A stretch of 63,378 nt of DNA, counting the filler, from Octopus bimaculoides (Eukaryota), in the NCBI RefSeq assembly GCF_001194135.2. It is 9 parts of 8 records of this genome, joined end to end, with 100 filler letters (N's around TTAATTAATTAA, not from the genome) between each part and the next. Parts side by side here need not be neighbours in the genome. Positions count along the whole stretch, not along the records: positions 30,866 to 42,573 come from NC_068982.1; positions 42,674 to 49,450 come from NC_068981.1; positions 49,551 to 52,363 come from NC_068983.1; 6 more parts are not named here. One strand, written 5' to 3'. Made by a program: the position numbers and the translations under genes. The number at the start of each line of letters is the position of its first letter. Within the stretch, counting starts at the first letter, position 1. Below the pieces are notes generated by a model. That model searched no databases, was not told the origin of the DNA, and saw only the letters and a list, made by a program, of their open reading frames with translations. Shown here one piece after another: positions 37,801 to 51,989 of the stretch.

Positions 37801-39822
37801 CTATCAGCCAACAAAAATATGCAATTTCTTTATGAGTATTGACGTGCGGAATTATAAGTAAAAAAAAAAAAAAATAATAATAATAATAATATTGTGAAAT
37901 TCCTTAACAAAGGAAAAGACTTTAGATGAAATAATAAATACTACTACTAATAATAATAAATGAATTGTTTGTATCTGAGAATGACAGTATGGTTTGATTA
38001 GACAAGAGTAATTGGAAACAAAAACGAAGAGAGGACAAAGAATGGCACACAAAAATGGAAAATAGAAAAACAACAATTGCAAATAATAACATTGAATTCT
38101 AACAATTGTTTGCAGAACATCTCTTACCGTCTCCCTCTCTCTTTTTTTCCACACACTCTATTCACGGGGACACACATACACACTCGCGCGCATTCATTAC
38201 ATACAAGCACACATATTCATAAAAAAATATATTCTGAAAGCAACAGGGCAGAGAGATATGTGTCTGTCTACTCCCCTTTGGGTTAGTCGAAGTATGTATG
38301 GTAGTTCTCCCTACACCTGCATATGAAAGGCATGTGATTCTTAACCAAGAAAAAAAAAATGAACAGCAACTACAATATATAAATAAAACAATGACAATAG
38401 AAAGAAAGAAAAAAAATAAAAGTAGAAGAAATAAAAAAGCGAAATGAATGAGTTAAAAAGAAGAGCAAGAGGTGTGTGTATTTATGAGAAGCGTCAAATT
38501 CTGACAATGGTATACGCGAACAGTGTTTGTGAGTAAATATGTTGGAGCTAATAGGTTTTTCTCACGATGAAGCGTCACATTCTTGTTACAGTCTGCTGGA
38601 ACAATACTATTTGCAGAGAGAGAGCAGCGGTCCAAATGACAATAAGATGTTTTTAAGGTGAAGAATCTCCAGCTATTGTATAATGACGTTTTACAATTTT
38701 GGGTTAGCAGTATACATACATAATGCAGTATGTAAGGCGTAGTATAACGTGATATGGTGTAGATACAGTTTGTCGTTATATGGAGTTATAATATGACGCT
38801 TGGTCGAGTAAGGTGTATAGCAATGCTTCTCATAACTTCTTGAGCTATCGCCCCACTTTCTTTTAATAACGCTAAAAAAAAAAAATAATAATCATATCAC
38901 AGTATATACTTATATGCAGACACAAATTAGGACGTTGCCTAACACTGCAGGTGTAGTGGATGCCTTTATTGGTTGTATGGAAAATATTAAAAAAATTTTA
39001 GCAATATCTTTCAAATTATCTTTTCGTTTGTTGTTTATAATTTACATGCATAAGTGGTATATATTCGGATTTATTTATTTATATACATTTTGAAGACTTA
39101 TTATTGATATTGTTATTGGTATCATCTTTGTTGTGATCGCGGCTAACAATAATACCTTTAATATTTTTTTAAGTGAATATTCAAATAGGGAACAAAACCT
39201 AAAAAAATGTGCAATGAATCTACCACCTCCCTTTCCACTTTCTTCCTTCGGCTTTAATACCTATATAAAGTTTTCCACCGCCCCTAGAAAGCAGTACTAT
39301 CTATCTTCGGAAGCACTAGCGCATAGTGCAGAATAAAATGATATGCAGGTGGTACTGCTGTAGTTAAACCTCTGATCAGTGGTCATCTATGACCGATAGT
39401 TTTGCAGCTGTGATAATCCCACATTTATATTTAGACATATTGTATCTAGAACTACATTATTCAATGTATTCTTCCTCCTCTTTTACGACAATTTGGTTGC
39501 TATTTCTGGCAGATCCAGGGACCATGAAGAAGTTCTCTTACTGGCGTAGTTTATTCTAATACTGTGTAATACGTTGTATGGTATAGTAAGTAACGCGATA
39601 TATATGACATAGCATGATATATAATTTAGAATGGGGCAATACATATGTATAGTATGATATGTGGTATATAATATTAAATAACATGATGTAATATGGTGCA
39701 TACTGTGATGTCGTACTGTAATATACAGTACATATAAGATACATAATGTATAATGTAGTATGGAATGTATTCAGTAATATACTGTATAGTGTAAGCATAA
39801 ACTGCAGTCCATATAGCATATT

Positions 39823-40208
39823 GGTTGACACTCCGTCGGTTACGACGACGAGGGTTCCAGTTGATCCGATCAGCGGAACAGCCTACTCGTGAAATTAACG
39901 TACAAGTGGCTGAGCACTCCACAGGCACGTGTACCCTTAACGTAGTTCTCGGGGGAGATTCAGCGTGACACAGAGTGTGACAAGGCTGGTCCTTTGAAAT
40001 ACAGGTACAGCAGAAACAGGAAGTAAGAGTGAGAGAAAGTTGTGGTGAAAGAGTACAGCAGGGTTCGCCACCATCCCCTGCTGGAGCCTCGTGGAACTTT
40101 AGGTGTTTTCGCTCAATAAACACTCACAACGCCCGGTCTGGAAATCGAAACCGCGATCCTATGACCGCGAGTCCGCTGCCCTAACCACTGGGCCATTGCG
40201 CCTCCAGT
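39823..40208 (-). mobile_element. SINE family C, complete, with 12-bp TSD
   Basis: TSD ATATAGCATATT at 39811-39822 and 40209-40220; A-box TGGCCCAGTGG and B-box GGTTTCGATT on minus. Confidence 0.93.
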
Positions 40209-41494
40209 ATATAGCATATTATCGTATGGTGTAGTGTAATAGCATGTACAGTACGCATAGAACGGTGTATGGTGTATTAAGTTGCTGTTGTTGTTGCTGC
40301 TGCTGTTTAGCCCTAGTTCAAATCCGATGAAGCAGACATAATCAAAGGTTTTCCCGTAACTTTGTTGTAAGTTACTGCATAGAAATGCATGTAGCGACGT
40401 GACCCGTTATCCGACGTACTTGTTGTAATGTGTCTCTAGATTGCGTCTATGAGAGGAGAATTTAAAAGAATGAATCTCACTCGGGCCTGGGAATTTCCTG
40501 GGATCTTAGAAAATGCATCTAGTGAAGATTTTAGCATTCATATTTTGGGAAGGCTGAGGCGAAAAGGAAAAAAAAATTCTTGACACTCTCATAAAATTCC
40601 TCTCAGAAGCCCTGTTTATATAGGTAAGTCTCTTCCCCCCCCCATACCCAAGTTCAATTAGCTGTGCGTATTGGGGCATAATAATAATATCTTCTCTGTA
40701 ATGTACTTAAATGCTATCTACAAAGATATTCATCTTTCATCTGGTTCATACTTCAGACATAGGAATTAATTACCAGCTTCACGAAAGCTTGTGGTACAAT
40801 GATATTTATCATTTTGTTCTTTGAGTGCTTTAGCGCACTGGGTGGCTTAATGGGTCGCAGACATCGGCACAATGGGTCACAGACATGTAATGAAGTACTT
40901 AGCTCAAAGCTACTTTGTAGTGATTGTTTTATTATATTATTAATTTTTTTTTTCAAGACGATGAATGGCAGAATCGGTAAGTGTCAGACAAATACCTCAT
41001 GGTTTAAATTTATGGCTCTTCATGTCAGTTCTGAGTTCAAATACTACAAATACTACGGGTGGGAGAGTTCAAATACTATGTGATTCTCGCGTACGAGTGC
41101 AAAAGACAAGTCTGAATCTCCCACTTATGCTCCTTCACACCTGCGCCCGATATCCCTCCCCACTCCTGAGTATAGCGCTGACAACTGAACAGATTATAAT
41201 CATCCGCCAGCTCCGTTACAAAGTTGGTGCTATTGTGGTTTTGAATGAGATAAAGCAACTTTCTTTCGACTCCTCATGCTCTGAGCTCAATCCCCTTCGG
41301 TATCACCTTCACCTTTCATCCTGCCGATAACATAAAGTATCAGTGAATTATTGGGATCGATTGTATCGACTTAACACCCTCCCCTCAAAACTGCTGGCAT
41401 GGTGTCTAAATCTGAAACAATTATTTTCTATTTATCATTGTTGTTATTGCTCAGCCCTACCTTTGTCCTGCTCGAACAGAATTATTATTATCAA

Positions 41495-41800
41495 AGGCTT
41501 TCCGGCTATGAGCATCCCGATGCTTATTTTAAAAACATGGTACTTATTCTATCATCGCATTTTGCCGAGCCACTAAGCTACTGGGACATAAGCGAAACAA
41601 TACCGGTTGTTAAACGGTGAAGGTGGATACACACACATACACAGATATCTATATAAAACGGGCTTCCGTACAGTTTCCATCTACCAGATTCATTCAGAAG
41701 GAATTGGTCGACCCGAGGCTATAGCAGAAGACACTTACCCAAGGTGCCACACAATGGGACTCAACTCGAAACCACTTATTTGCAAAGCGAACTCCTTGAT
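41495..41800 (-). mobile_element. Old SINE family B
   Basis: GTACTTATTCTATC...GAGGCTATAGCAGAAGACACTTACCCAAGGTGCCAC. Confidence 0.75.
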
Positions 41801-42238
41801 GAACATTTGGTTACTATTTCTAGCAGGCCGGTCGAAAACGTAGAGACACTTTCGTTGGCTCACTTTATACCATTTTAAGTACAACACGGAGGGACAGCAC
41901 CCATAATCTTTGCAGGCTATCCCAATCTAATGAAACCGACGCCATTGATGTTGAGCTCAAACAAGATGGAAAATAGATAGACATTAAGTTAAACCGAGAC
42001 AGTTGGAGGTGGCGCTGGTGGTGGATGTTGACTCCCGTCAAAAGACTGTCGTCTGATCTGTCAAGGTGGGATCCATTGTAATAATGTTGAAGAAGAATAA
42101 CAGACAAGAGTCAACAGACGTCGGTCGAGAGTGAGTGGTGGGTGGCAGGATAGAAGATATAGACTTGATAAGAAAGTAAGACAGACAATTTGTAGGGGAA
42201 AATATTTGAAAGGAACACCCCGACCAACGTGACGATAC

Positions 42239-42269
<31 letters not shown>

Positions 42270-42673
42270 TGTAGTAGTAGTAACCGTTATGATAGTAATC
42301 GTGTGAGGTGATTGATGATGATGATGTTTAAATTGGTGATTATGATAATGATTAAAAATAATGATAATGGTGATGATGATGACGATGCTGATGATAATGA
42401 TTTCAATGACGACGACGATGATGATGATTAAATGATAGTCTTGATGATGATGATGGTGGCAATGATAATGATTAAAATGATGCTGATTGTGAAGAATGAT
42501 GATTAACAAAAAAAAAAAAATCAGAAAGAAAAGGCAAGGCAACAAGTTTCTAGTAGGGAGAAAAGGAAAAAAANNNNNNNNNNNNNNNNNNNNNNNNNNN
42601 NNNNNNNNNNNNNNNNNTTAATTAATTAANNNNNNNNNNNNNNNNNNNNNNNNNNNNNNNNNNNNNNNNNNNN

Positions 42674-43056
42674 AATTGATGTTTCAATACCAGCAGATGA
42701 CAACGTTTCTCTAAAAGAAATGGAAAAACTTTCAAAATACAAAGACCTGGAAATAGAGATAACTCGAATGTGGAATCTAAAAACAGAAACAATTCCTATC
42801 ATAGTAGGTGCCTTAGGTATAATAAAAAAATATTCAGACAAATACATAACAAAAACACCAGGACTTACAAATATATATAACATACAGAAAATTGCACTAC
42901 TGGGTACTGCACACATTCTACGCAAAACACTTTCAATACAGTAAACATAAGAGCACCACAGCAAACCACAGCACATACCCAAGGCGCACAGAGCTGCGCT
43001 CTGTAGTGAAGTGAAAGTACGTTATAAAAATAAAACTACTGAATAATAATAATAAT
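42674..43056 (+). mobile_element. R4/Dong-type LINE 3' fragment (restriction-like endonuclease C-terminus, 3' UTR, (AAT)n tail)
   Basis: IDVSIPADDNVSLKEMEKLSKYKDLEIEITRMWNLKTETIPIIVGALG (D...EK..KY..L and IPI.VGALG pattern of RLE-clade elements), stop at 42942-42944. Confidence 0.88.
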
Positions 43057-43189
43057 ATGAAATAACAGAACGGACTTATCTAAAAATACTAATATTAAAA
43101 AGTATTGATTTACAATGAAAGTCAAAGTTCAGGAGGTTTCAATGTTTGTTCTTATATTGTTTTTGCATTATATAACTTAGATAACTTAG

Positions 43190-43600
43190 ATTGGTTTCGG
43201 CCATTATCGGCCCAGGCCATGACTAACTCAATAGCACCACTTTTGAAAAGTCTTTTAGTTAATTATTTCGGGACCCATGGGCTACTCAAGCAGAGAGTTG
43301 TTGTTGGTTGAGACGTATCCAGATATAGGTGGTTTATCCGGTATTTCCTGGAGGAATTTGTACAGGCACGGTTTTAAAATTGTGAGGTCTTTTTCTACTT
43401 AATTTTTTTCGGGATAACATTGAAAAGAGCAGGACCATTTGCAGTGAAGAAATTTTGTCGCAATGTTCTTATGTGATGTGATCTCGACCTTTGTAGGGGA
43501 CGCATTGCACGGGGGCCTAGACTTGCGTGAATTGCAAACATAATACCACATGGTGTAAATAATGTATCTCTAATCAATCTTTGTACTTATTTGTACAACT
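43190..43600 (-). mobile_element. CR1/L2-group LINE ORF2 C-terminal remnant
   Basis: IRTLRQNFFTANGPALFNVIPKKIK...KFLQEIPDKPPISGYVSTNNNSLL (GPxLFNxLP and IPDxP...GY...NSL pattern). Confidence 0.7.
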
Positions 43601-45935
43601 ATACAGAGGCATTATTCATTCTGAATTAACATTGAGCCATTGCGTGTCGTTCGATATAAGAAAGGAAGGACATTTTCGAACATGCACGATGAAAATTAGG
43701 GAAGCTCGACACAGTTAATTAACTTGTTTATTTAAAAATCTTCACTATTTAAAAGGTAAAGACACAGAATACAAATAGTTAATACACTCTTTGTTGCCTT
43801 TCATAATAGGTCTAAACACTTAGGATTGATCTAAGTCTAAACAGTAAGAACAATATGGACTGAATTCATGTACAGTGAAGATTGTTATTCCATGAGAACA
43901 TAGTTTTTAGTAGTGTTTTCATGCTACATATATAATTCATCGTTCCTTTTAAAAGATAAACGTAAAAAAGATCGTTCTTTCATGTGTTGTCAAGACAGAA
44001 ATGAAGTTTATAAGAATACTGCTGAAATGAAAGGAAAATGTATATCTGTTTGTTTATTCTAACACTATTTATCACCAAGCGCTAGTCGTTTTATTGGTAC
44101 TATTAAAAAGAGGAAGACATTTTAGATACCAGAATGTTTTAGATAAAGAAAAAGAGAGAAATGTTGAACTGCAGATTTCGTTCCAGTTGATGTATATGCG
44201 GACGAAAGGAAGAGAAAAGACAAACTGATACTGAGATAAAGTAAAAGTGGATAAGAGAAAAAGAAAAAAAAGACATTTGTTTAAAAGAGAATATGAGAAT
44301 ATATACGTGTAAGCAAGGTCATAAAAACTAAGGAAGAATAAATAACAAATGCAAAATATAGGGAATATATGCAGAAAATAATGAATGGGAGAGAGAAAGG
44401 GGAAGAAAGGTGAGGTAAGAAGAAATACAGAAAACGAAAGAATACAAGATAACTATGACAAAAGAAAATGTAAAGAAACAAAAGTAATGTGTAGAAGAAG
44501 GTAAGCCAAAGGTGATGTGTTAATTATGAGTCGTGTTTTGATTTATCGAGTCACAGTTATTTTTACCCAAATAATAAATTGCAGTTGGTTCATTGGTAAA
44601 AGGAATGACATAAAATGAAAATAAATACATAAATATGTTTATCGGGTTTTAATTAATGGGAAAATCAATAGTACTATGAATATAAATTCACTTAAATAAT
44701 TTAAAGCGATATCGCAAAACATTCAATCTGCAGGACGTTCGCATTTGAAGTCATTGATTTAGCAATTCTGTTGTTATAAACAGCAACATAAATAACAACA
44801 AGAATAGGGTAATAACACTTTGGTATTCAAGAAGGTTGCATTTTGTTTTTAGAGTTTTAATACTAACTTCCTGCAATCTATCGTAAATATTAAAAATGCA
44901 AACTACAGAAAATAACATTATTTCAAAACGTAAAAAAAAAAATGTTTGAATCATAGTTATCTATCTGCTTTGTAATGAAGTAAGGTTTTTTTCAAATTAT
45001 CAGAAGAATAAAGATAAGGTTGCGCCTGTAACTTCGTAAACACGGATAAGTGAATTAACTACTTTAATATTTGCAGAGACACTTTTGAAATCTGTCCCGT
45101 AAATAGATAAAACAGTAAAATAATAAAAGTTTACTCTAATAAAAGATGGCTGAGAATATCAATGTATTACTGACGCCATGTACAAATTGTCAGGTATAAA
45201 TATGAATATGTATGCGAGGAAGCGGAAACACTCTTTTGTTTGGTGAATGTAACGAAAGTTTCCTCAAACATCAATGTTTGAAGTGGTATGAGGTCTGATT
45301 AAAAGACTTAGCTAATGTACACTGCATGACAGAAGCCTCCGGTGTTGTTTTAGGAATAAATCGACTACAGGACATATTTATCAGAAATTTTTCTATTGCA
45401 GTATACAATTTTGTGCATTCTGTTAGTTCAGTAAAATTCTAAAAATTCTCTTATTTACTGTTATTCTGCAAGGATCGATGAAATAATTTTCAACAATAAA
45501 CTAAACATGTATCCAATTTGCTCTCAAAAATTGTCGTTGTCAAGAAAACTATGATAAATCCTCACATGACAGGTAAAAAAAAAAAAAACTGAGTTGTGAA
45601 ACAGCAAGCTTGAATTAACTGCTGTTGAAATCTGACTTAAAGCAGATTTCAGAGCAGAGGCAACGGACGCATATTGTCAATATTCCTATAACTCGCTTAA
45701 TCTTCATTTAATATTATGCTTACTATCTGAACAAAATATCAACCACTATGAGTTTATATATTAATATTATGGTTGTTAATATGCCGTAGCATATTCAGAG
45801 AATGAAACCTGGGGCAAGTCTTCAAAACGCGGTAACAACATTATAATTACCTAATTAACTGCGATATATGCAAACACATGCACACATACACACCCACAAA
45901 TACATACATACATATATACATACATACATGCATGC

Positions 45936-46034
<99 letters not shown>

Positions 46035-46322
46035 ATTATACACATAGGTTTGTGAATGGACATTTTTCCAGTGACAATCACATAAGATTGTGTCTAAGGA
46101 GTGTTAAATACTTGTAATCTTTTAACGCAGCTTATTCATGTTACTACACAACATTCAACCTTTTTGCTTTGATTATCCCACCATCTTCTCTTCCTATGTT
46201 GGAATAGAGATATGTCAATATTTTGTGATCTTTAATTATTCATCTGGTTCTATTTCCTTTTAAAATGTAATTGGCCTTTATGAAAAGATTGACACAGATA
46301 TTGCTACACGTATTTCATCCTT

Positions 46323-46799
46323 TTGTACCCATGCTTCATCGTAAATATTCCACTCGTTAAGTATGTCAGATTTATTGACCATTCATATGAAATTAATATA
46401 TTTATTACAGTATATTATGACGTGCAGGATACTGTTGGAATACGTATCCTTGTTGGTTTCATCCCAGACTTGAAATTTCACGTTTACTTCCTATTTTCCA
46501 GACTTGCCGTTCAGAATTTAAAATATTGTGATGATGTCGGTATAAATCCCATTCTTGCAGTTGTTGCGTTCAACCTTTGGTTGGAAACATCATTGGTGTA
46601 TACAGAAGAAGCGCTCGGCACTGAGGTGGTTCGTTATAGTCAGATACACAACATACAAATATATATATTTTATCCAGGCTACAATCCAAACCTGAATAAA
46701 TTTACTGATTCGGTGACAGTAGTTACCAAGTTGAATGCCAAAAGATTTTATGGTCTAGCTTCAGCTATATCTCAAAGTCACTCCTATGTGACTGGGTGA
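46323..46799 (+). CDS. Unidentified 158-codon stop-free frame in unique sequence (possible exon or exons)
   Basis: Longest non-repeat, non-TE open frame in the window; internal acceptor-like sites at 46410, 46501 and 46678; no recognisable domain. Confidence 0.2.
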   Translation: MYPCFIVNIPLVKYVRFIDHSYEINIFITVYYDVQDTVGIRILVGFIPDLKFHVYFLFSRLAVQNLKYCDDVGINPILAVVAFNLWLETSLVYTEEALGTEVVRYSQIHNIQIYIFYPGYNPNLNKFTDSVTVVTKLNAKRFYGLASAISQSHSYVTG

Positions 46800-49550
46800 C
46801 TGAACTGAAATGCCCATCGATTACAGTCTAGTAAAATGAACAATCATTTCATAGGTTTATATCAACAGATAGCATTCCATTCATGAGGATCATTTAGTGA
46901 ACGTAGGATTAAGACGGAGCCGTCTCCCGGCTACGCAGAAGTTTTGTGTACCCTGATCGTGGTAAGTTGTGCGGAATTGTGGAGAAGAAGCTGTATTCTG
47001 TCGATTATTCCAATGACAACGCATGCAAAGAGAGGTTATATGCGAAGGCCAATCGATTGGAATTGTTTTCTATATTTATAAATGCCAGTATAGTTAAGAC
47101 ACCATTAATTTGAGACAAACAGTCCATCAATTTAACTTCATTTTTCATTGTAAGAGCAAAGCTATTTCCTTAGCCTCACAGTTCCGTTTTCAGTAACTGT
47201 TATGCTATATCATTTTCCTAACACTCCTTCTAAACGATGGGAACTCGAAATGTTCAATTTCCTTCTTGCTAAAATAAATAGCCATTGAACAAATCAAATA
47301 ACTCCAGCTTTAAAGCACAAACGTACAGAAATAAAATATAATTAAATTGGATTAAGTATACAAGGAAGTATAATGATATTTAAGTAATAGAACAAAGATC
47401 AAACTCTCGGTAAGTCGCCACTATGTCATTGTTTCAATTCTTATTTAAATCTATTTCGAATAAAGATCAAGTATAGGAACAAAAGCCAAAACATCTCATT
47501 TGTCTAATACTGCAAAACAGACAGCCATTGTGCTTGGTAAACACTCAATAATGATATCTCTAGCTTAGGTATCGATTCGCATGTTGCAGTGAAGGTTTGT
47601 ATGCAGTATGATACAAAAAATAATAGTTGAACAGAAGCTACAGAAGTTTCACTTCACAATAATGTGAGAGAAAATTAGAGAATACAAATAATGACATCAT
47701 AAGAATAAAATTTGTGCCGGTAGTGTGTTGAGTTGCCAGCTAAACGGCATACACTACACAATATCAATTTGTTATACGATATAGTCGGACGGACGCTGTA
47801 GACGAGGAAGTTATCAGAAGGGAGACGTTAAGTTTGTGGACAGTATTTCGTTGCTTCAAAAATGTTGCCTCCAAATATTCCCCAGATAACTGTTAGAACG
47901 AATTAACGTCCTAGAAAATAGAAAACATGATTTCCAGTTAACATATTTGAGATTCCAAATGAGATCTAGTTACTCTCAAACAGTACTATTTTATTCTTTA
48001 GGAATATGACACGAATCAGATTTCTAAAGCAGAGACCAAAACGTATGCTTACATACACACCGACACGCACATGTGCATACCTTTACACAGATATACATAA
48101 ATTTTTGCACACACAATAATGTTAATACTTTTTCCCAAAATGCATTAAATAAGGGAGGAAGAGAGGGTAAATAAAGGAGGAAGAGATCCACTAAATAATC
48201 AAAACTGTGATCAAGAGACATTAACAGAGTTTCAGTGTAGTTATATAACCAATGGAAAAAGCAACAAAACAAATATCAGTTTAACATGAGCCATAATGAA
48301 CTGCATTCATGAAAAATATCAAATATTAATAGAATGGTTCGATACAGTCACTGTTTTCCTTTTTAGTTGTTTTCAGTTTGTAATTATTTTTTAAATCAAG
48401 AGTAACTGTTTTGAAATCCTAAATTGTTAGATGAAAATATGTGCATGTAAATAAAACACGTGAACCGAATGTAATGCTTTCAAAAAGATCAAACAGCCTC
48501 AAAAAGAAACAATGTTACAGTAGGTAGATGAGCAATGATATAATGGGACATGTACATATGCACAAATATACCGCCGTTCATGTTTGTATATATGTNNNNN
48601 NNNNNNNNNNNNNNNNNNNNNNNNNNNNNNNNNNNNNNNNNNNNNNNNNNNNNNNNNNNNNNNNNNNNNNNNNNNNNNNNNNNNNNNNNNNNNNNNNNNN
48701 NNNNNNNNNNNNNNNNNNNNNNNNNNNNNNNNNNNNNNNNNNNNNNNNNNNNNNNNNNNNNNNNNNNNNNNNNNNNNNNNNNNNNNNNNNNNNNNNNNNN
48801 NNNNNNNNNNNNNNNNNNNNNATATATACATATGTCTCTTTGCATATTTGCATGGAGAGTTTGTACATAAATATATATTGACTACGAACTATAAATATTA
48901 AGTGAATATTTAATGTGAATCAGAAAGGGATAGAGAAGTAGAAAATAAATGATAGAAAAAATAGATAAGTAGAAATGTATAATGCTATAGATACAGAAGT
49001 TATAAAAGGATCGACACAAAAAATAAATGGGATTATATTATTAGGAAGAAAATGAAGGATATTTCATATGGCAATAAATAGCTAAATGGCATTGCAGCAT
49101 GGGATATTATGTGTTTAAAGGAGACAAAGTTAGATAGATTAGTATTATTAATGGGCAAAATAGATGTACAGATATGTATTAAAACAAGATGGTGCGATGG
49201 GGAAAATGGGGTAAAAGAAAGGAAAGGATGATCAGAATGAAAGAGAGAAAGATGCAGAGGTGGAGAGTGAGAAAGCGAGAGAGAAAGAAGGAGAGATAGA
49301 AAGAAAGAGAGAGAGGGAGAGAGAAAGAGAAGAAGATGTATATAGAGAAAGATGCACAGACGAAGAGGGATGTATCAAGAGTAAGTGAAGGAACCAGTGA
49401 TATGTTGAAATATGTGTGCGTACATTTCGACATAACATTATGATTGATATNNNNNNNNNNNNNNNNNNNNNNNNNNNNNNNNNNNNNNNNNNNNTTAATT
49501 AATTAANNNNNNNNNNNNNNNNNNNNNNNNNNNNNNNNNNNNNNNNNNNN

Positions 49551-49805
<255 letters not shown>

Positions 49806-51454
49806 ATTTGCAAACGTAAATCTAAGAGCGCACATTTCATGCAAGTCAAAGCAATGCCAGTCTATCGATGAACAATGCAGCCATGTTAATAATGCATTAT
49901 TCAAAGCTCTAATACATCAACCGTGCTATGGGTGATATATAGATTCTCTTTTGCTATTAATCCTACATTAATACTACTTCCGTTACATTAACGTAATTAA
50001 TCAAGGACGTTCAACTGAAATAGTAGCAGAAGTACTGAAAATGTTTTGCCCCGTGGATATAAACTATGTTAAATCATTTTGAATTAAAGGAATCGTTTAA
50101 AATGGCCGTAATGAATTTACACAGGTACAGCTTCATTACTCATTTACATTTAATTCACTTCGGAAATACTATAGAATGTATATTTGTATAAATTTCATGT
50201 TTGAACTACCAAAAGCAGATCTCTTCACACAGTTGGCTTGCGTTGCCTGCACACATAACAGAAATATCAGGTACAAACACACTTGCTCAGAGTTTTAATA
50301 TTCAATATTCAATTGTACCTACCTAACAAAGTGCCTCAATTTAAGTACCTAATTCACCGGAATCTTAANNNNNNNNNNNNNNNNNNNNNNNNNNNNNNNN
50401 NNNNNNNNNNNNNNNNNNNNNNNNNNNNNNNNNNNNNNNNNNNNNNNNNNNNNNNNNNNNNNNNNNNNNNNNNNNNNNNNNNNNNNNNNNNNNNNNNNNN
50501 NNNNNNNNNNNNNNNNNNNNNNNNNNNNNNNNNNNNNNNNNNNNNNNNNNNNNNNNNNNNNNNNNNNNNNNNNNNNNNNNNNNNNNNNNNNNNNNNNNNN
50601 NNNNNNNNNNNNNNNNNNNNNNNNNNNNNNNNNNNNNNNNNNNNNNNNNNNNNNNNNNNNNNNNNNNNNNNNNNNNNNNNNNNNNNNNNNNNNNNNNNNN
50701 NNNNNNNNNNNNNNNNNNNNNNNNNNNNNNNNNNNNNNNNNNNNNNNNNNNNNNNNNNNNNNNNNNNNNNNNNNNNNNNNNNNNNNNNNNNNNNNNNNNN
50801 NNNNNNNNNNNNNNNNNNNNNNNNNNNNNNNNNNNNNNNNNNNNNNNNNNNNNNNNNNNNNNNNNNNNNNNNNNNNNNNNNNNNNNNNNNNNNNNNNNNN
50901 NNNNNNNNNNNNNNNNNNNNNNNNNNNNNNNNNNNNNNNNNNNNNNNNNNNNNNNNNNNNNNNNNNNNNNNNNNNNNNNNNNNNNNNNNNNNNNNNNNNN
51001 NNNNNNNNNNNNNNNNNNNNNNNNNNNNNNNNNNNNNNNNNNNNNNNNNNNNNNNNNNNNNNNNNNNNNNNNNNNNNNNNNNNNNNNNNNNNNNNNNNNN
51101 NNNNNNNNNNNNNNNNNNNNNNNNNNNNNNNNNNNNNNNNNNNNNNNNNNNNNNNNNNNNNNNNNNNNNNNNNNNNNNNNNNNNNNNNNNNNNNNNNNNN
51201 NNNNNNNNNNNNNNNNNNNNNNNNNNNNNNNNNNNNNNNNNNNNNNNNNNNNNNNNNNNNNNNNNNNNNNNNNNNNNNNNNNATATATATATATATATAT
51301 ATACATGTATGTTTATATATATATATTTATATATATATATATATGTGCTTGATTGTAGGGCGCATATATTCATCTGGAGAAAACGGTTTCTTGATAATGA
51401 TATAATGTACTCATTAATCAATTAAAAGAGTCGTTAGAACAGTTGTAATGAATT

Positions 51455-51583
51455 GACATATATATTTTATCAAATATACAGTCCATAATATACTTCAGAA
51501 TCTGCGAAGGACATATTCTGAATATGTCCTTCGCAGATTCTGAAGTATATTATGGACTGTATATTTGATAAAATATATATGTC
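51455..51583. repeat. Perfect 129-bp palindrome (64-bp arms, 1-nt spacer)
   Basis: 51455-51518 is the exact reverse complement of 51520-51583. Confidence 0.95.
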
Positions 51584-51989
51584 TGAATAGCGCGAGAGCG
51601 GATTATACACTCATCTGGATCTGCTTGAATGCACTGTATCAATGTCCTTCTGCGGATATTTCTTTACCAAGGTTGATATTTACATAATATTCTTGGCTGC
51701 GTATTATTCCGACATAACGAGGTGCTTCAATTGAAGTACCTAATTTAGCTGAATCTCACTTATATCATTCATATATATATATATACAAAATTCAAATTTC
51801 AATAGGATACTTAACATACCACTCGCTTTAAACTACAATTTACTATTAAAATACACACGGCTAATACAATAAATATAATAGAAATAGGGTTACCTTCCAT
51901 GGAATAGAGAAGTAAGGAATTTTGAATTTTGTTATATTTTACCTTTAAAGGTGTAAACTTGCTAGCCACTATATTATTATGATAATTAG

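Noticed and set aside
40130-40208. Genuine tRNA genes at SINE heads (also 431, 6419, 10341, 49711)
   Set aside because: A/B boxes are present, but there is no complete cloverleaf or acceptor stem, and each continues into a SINE body or repeat tail.
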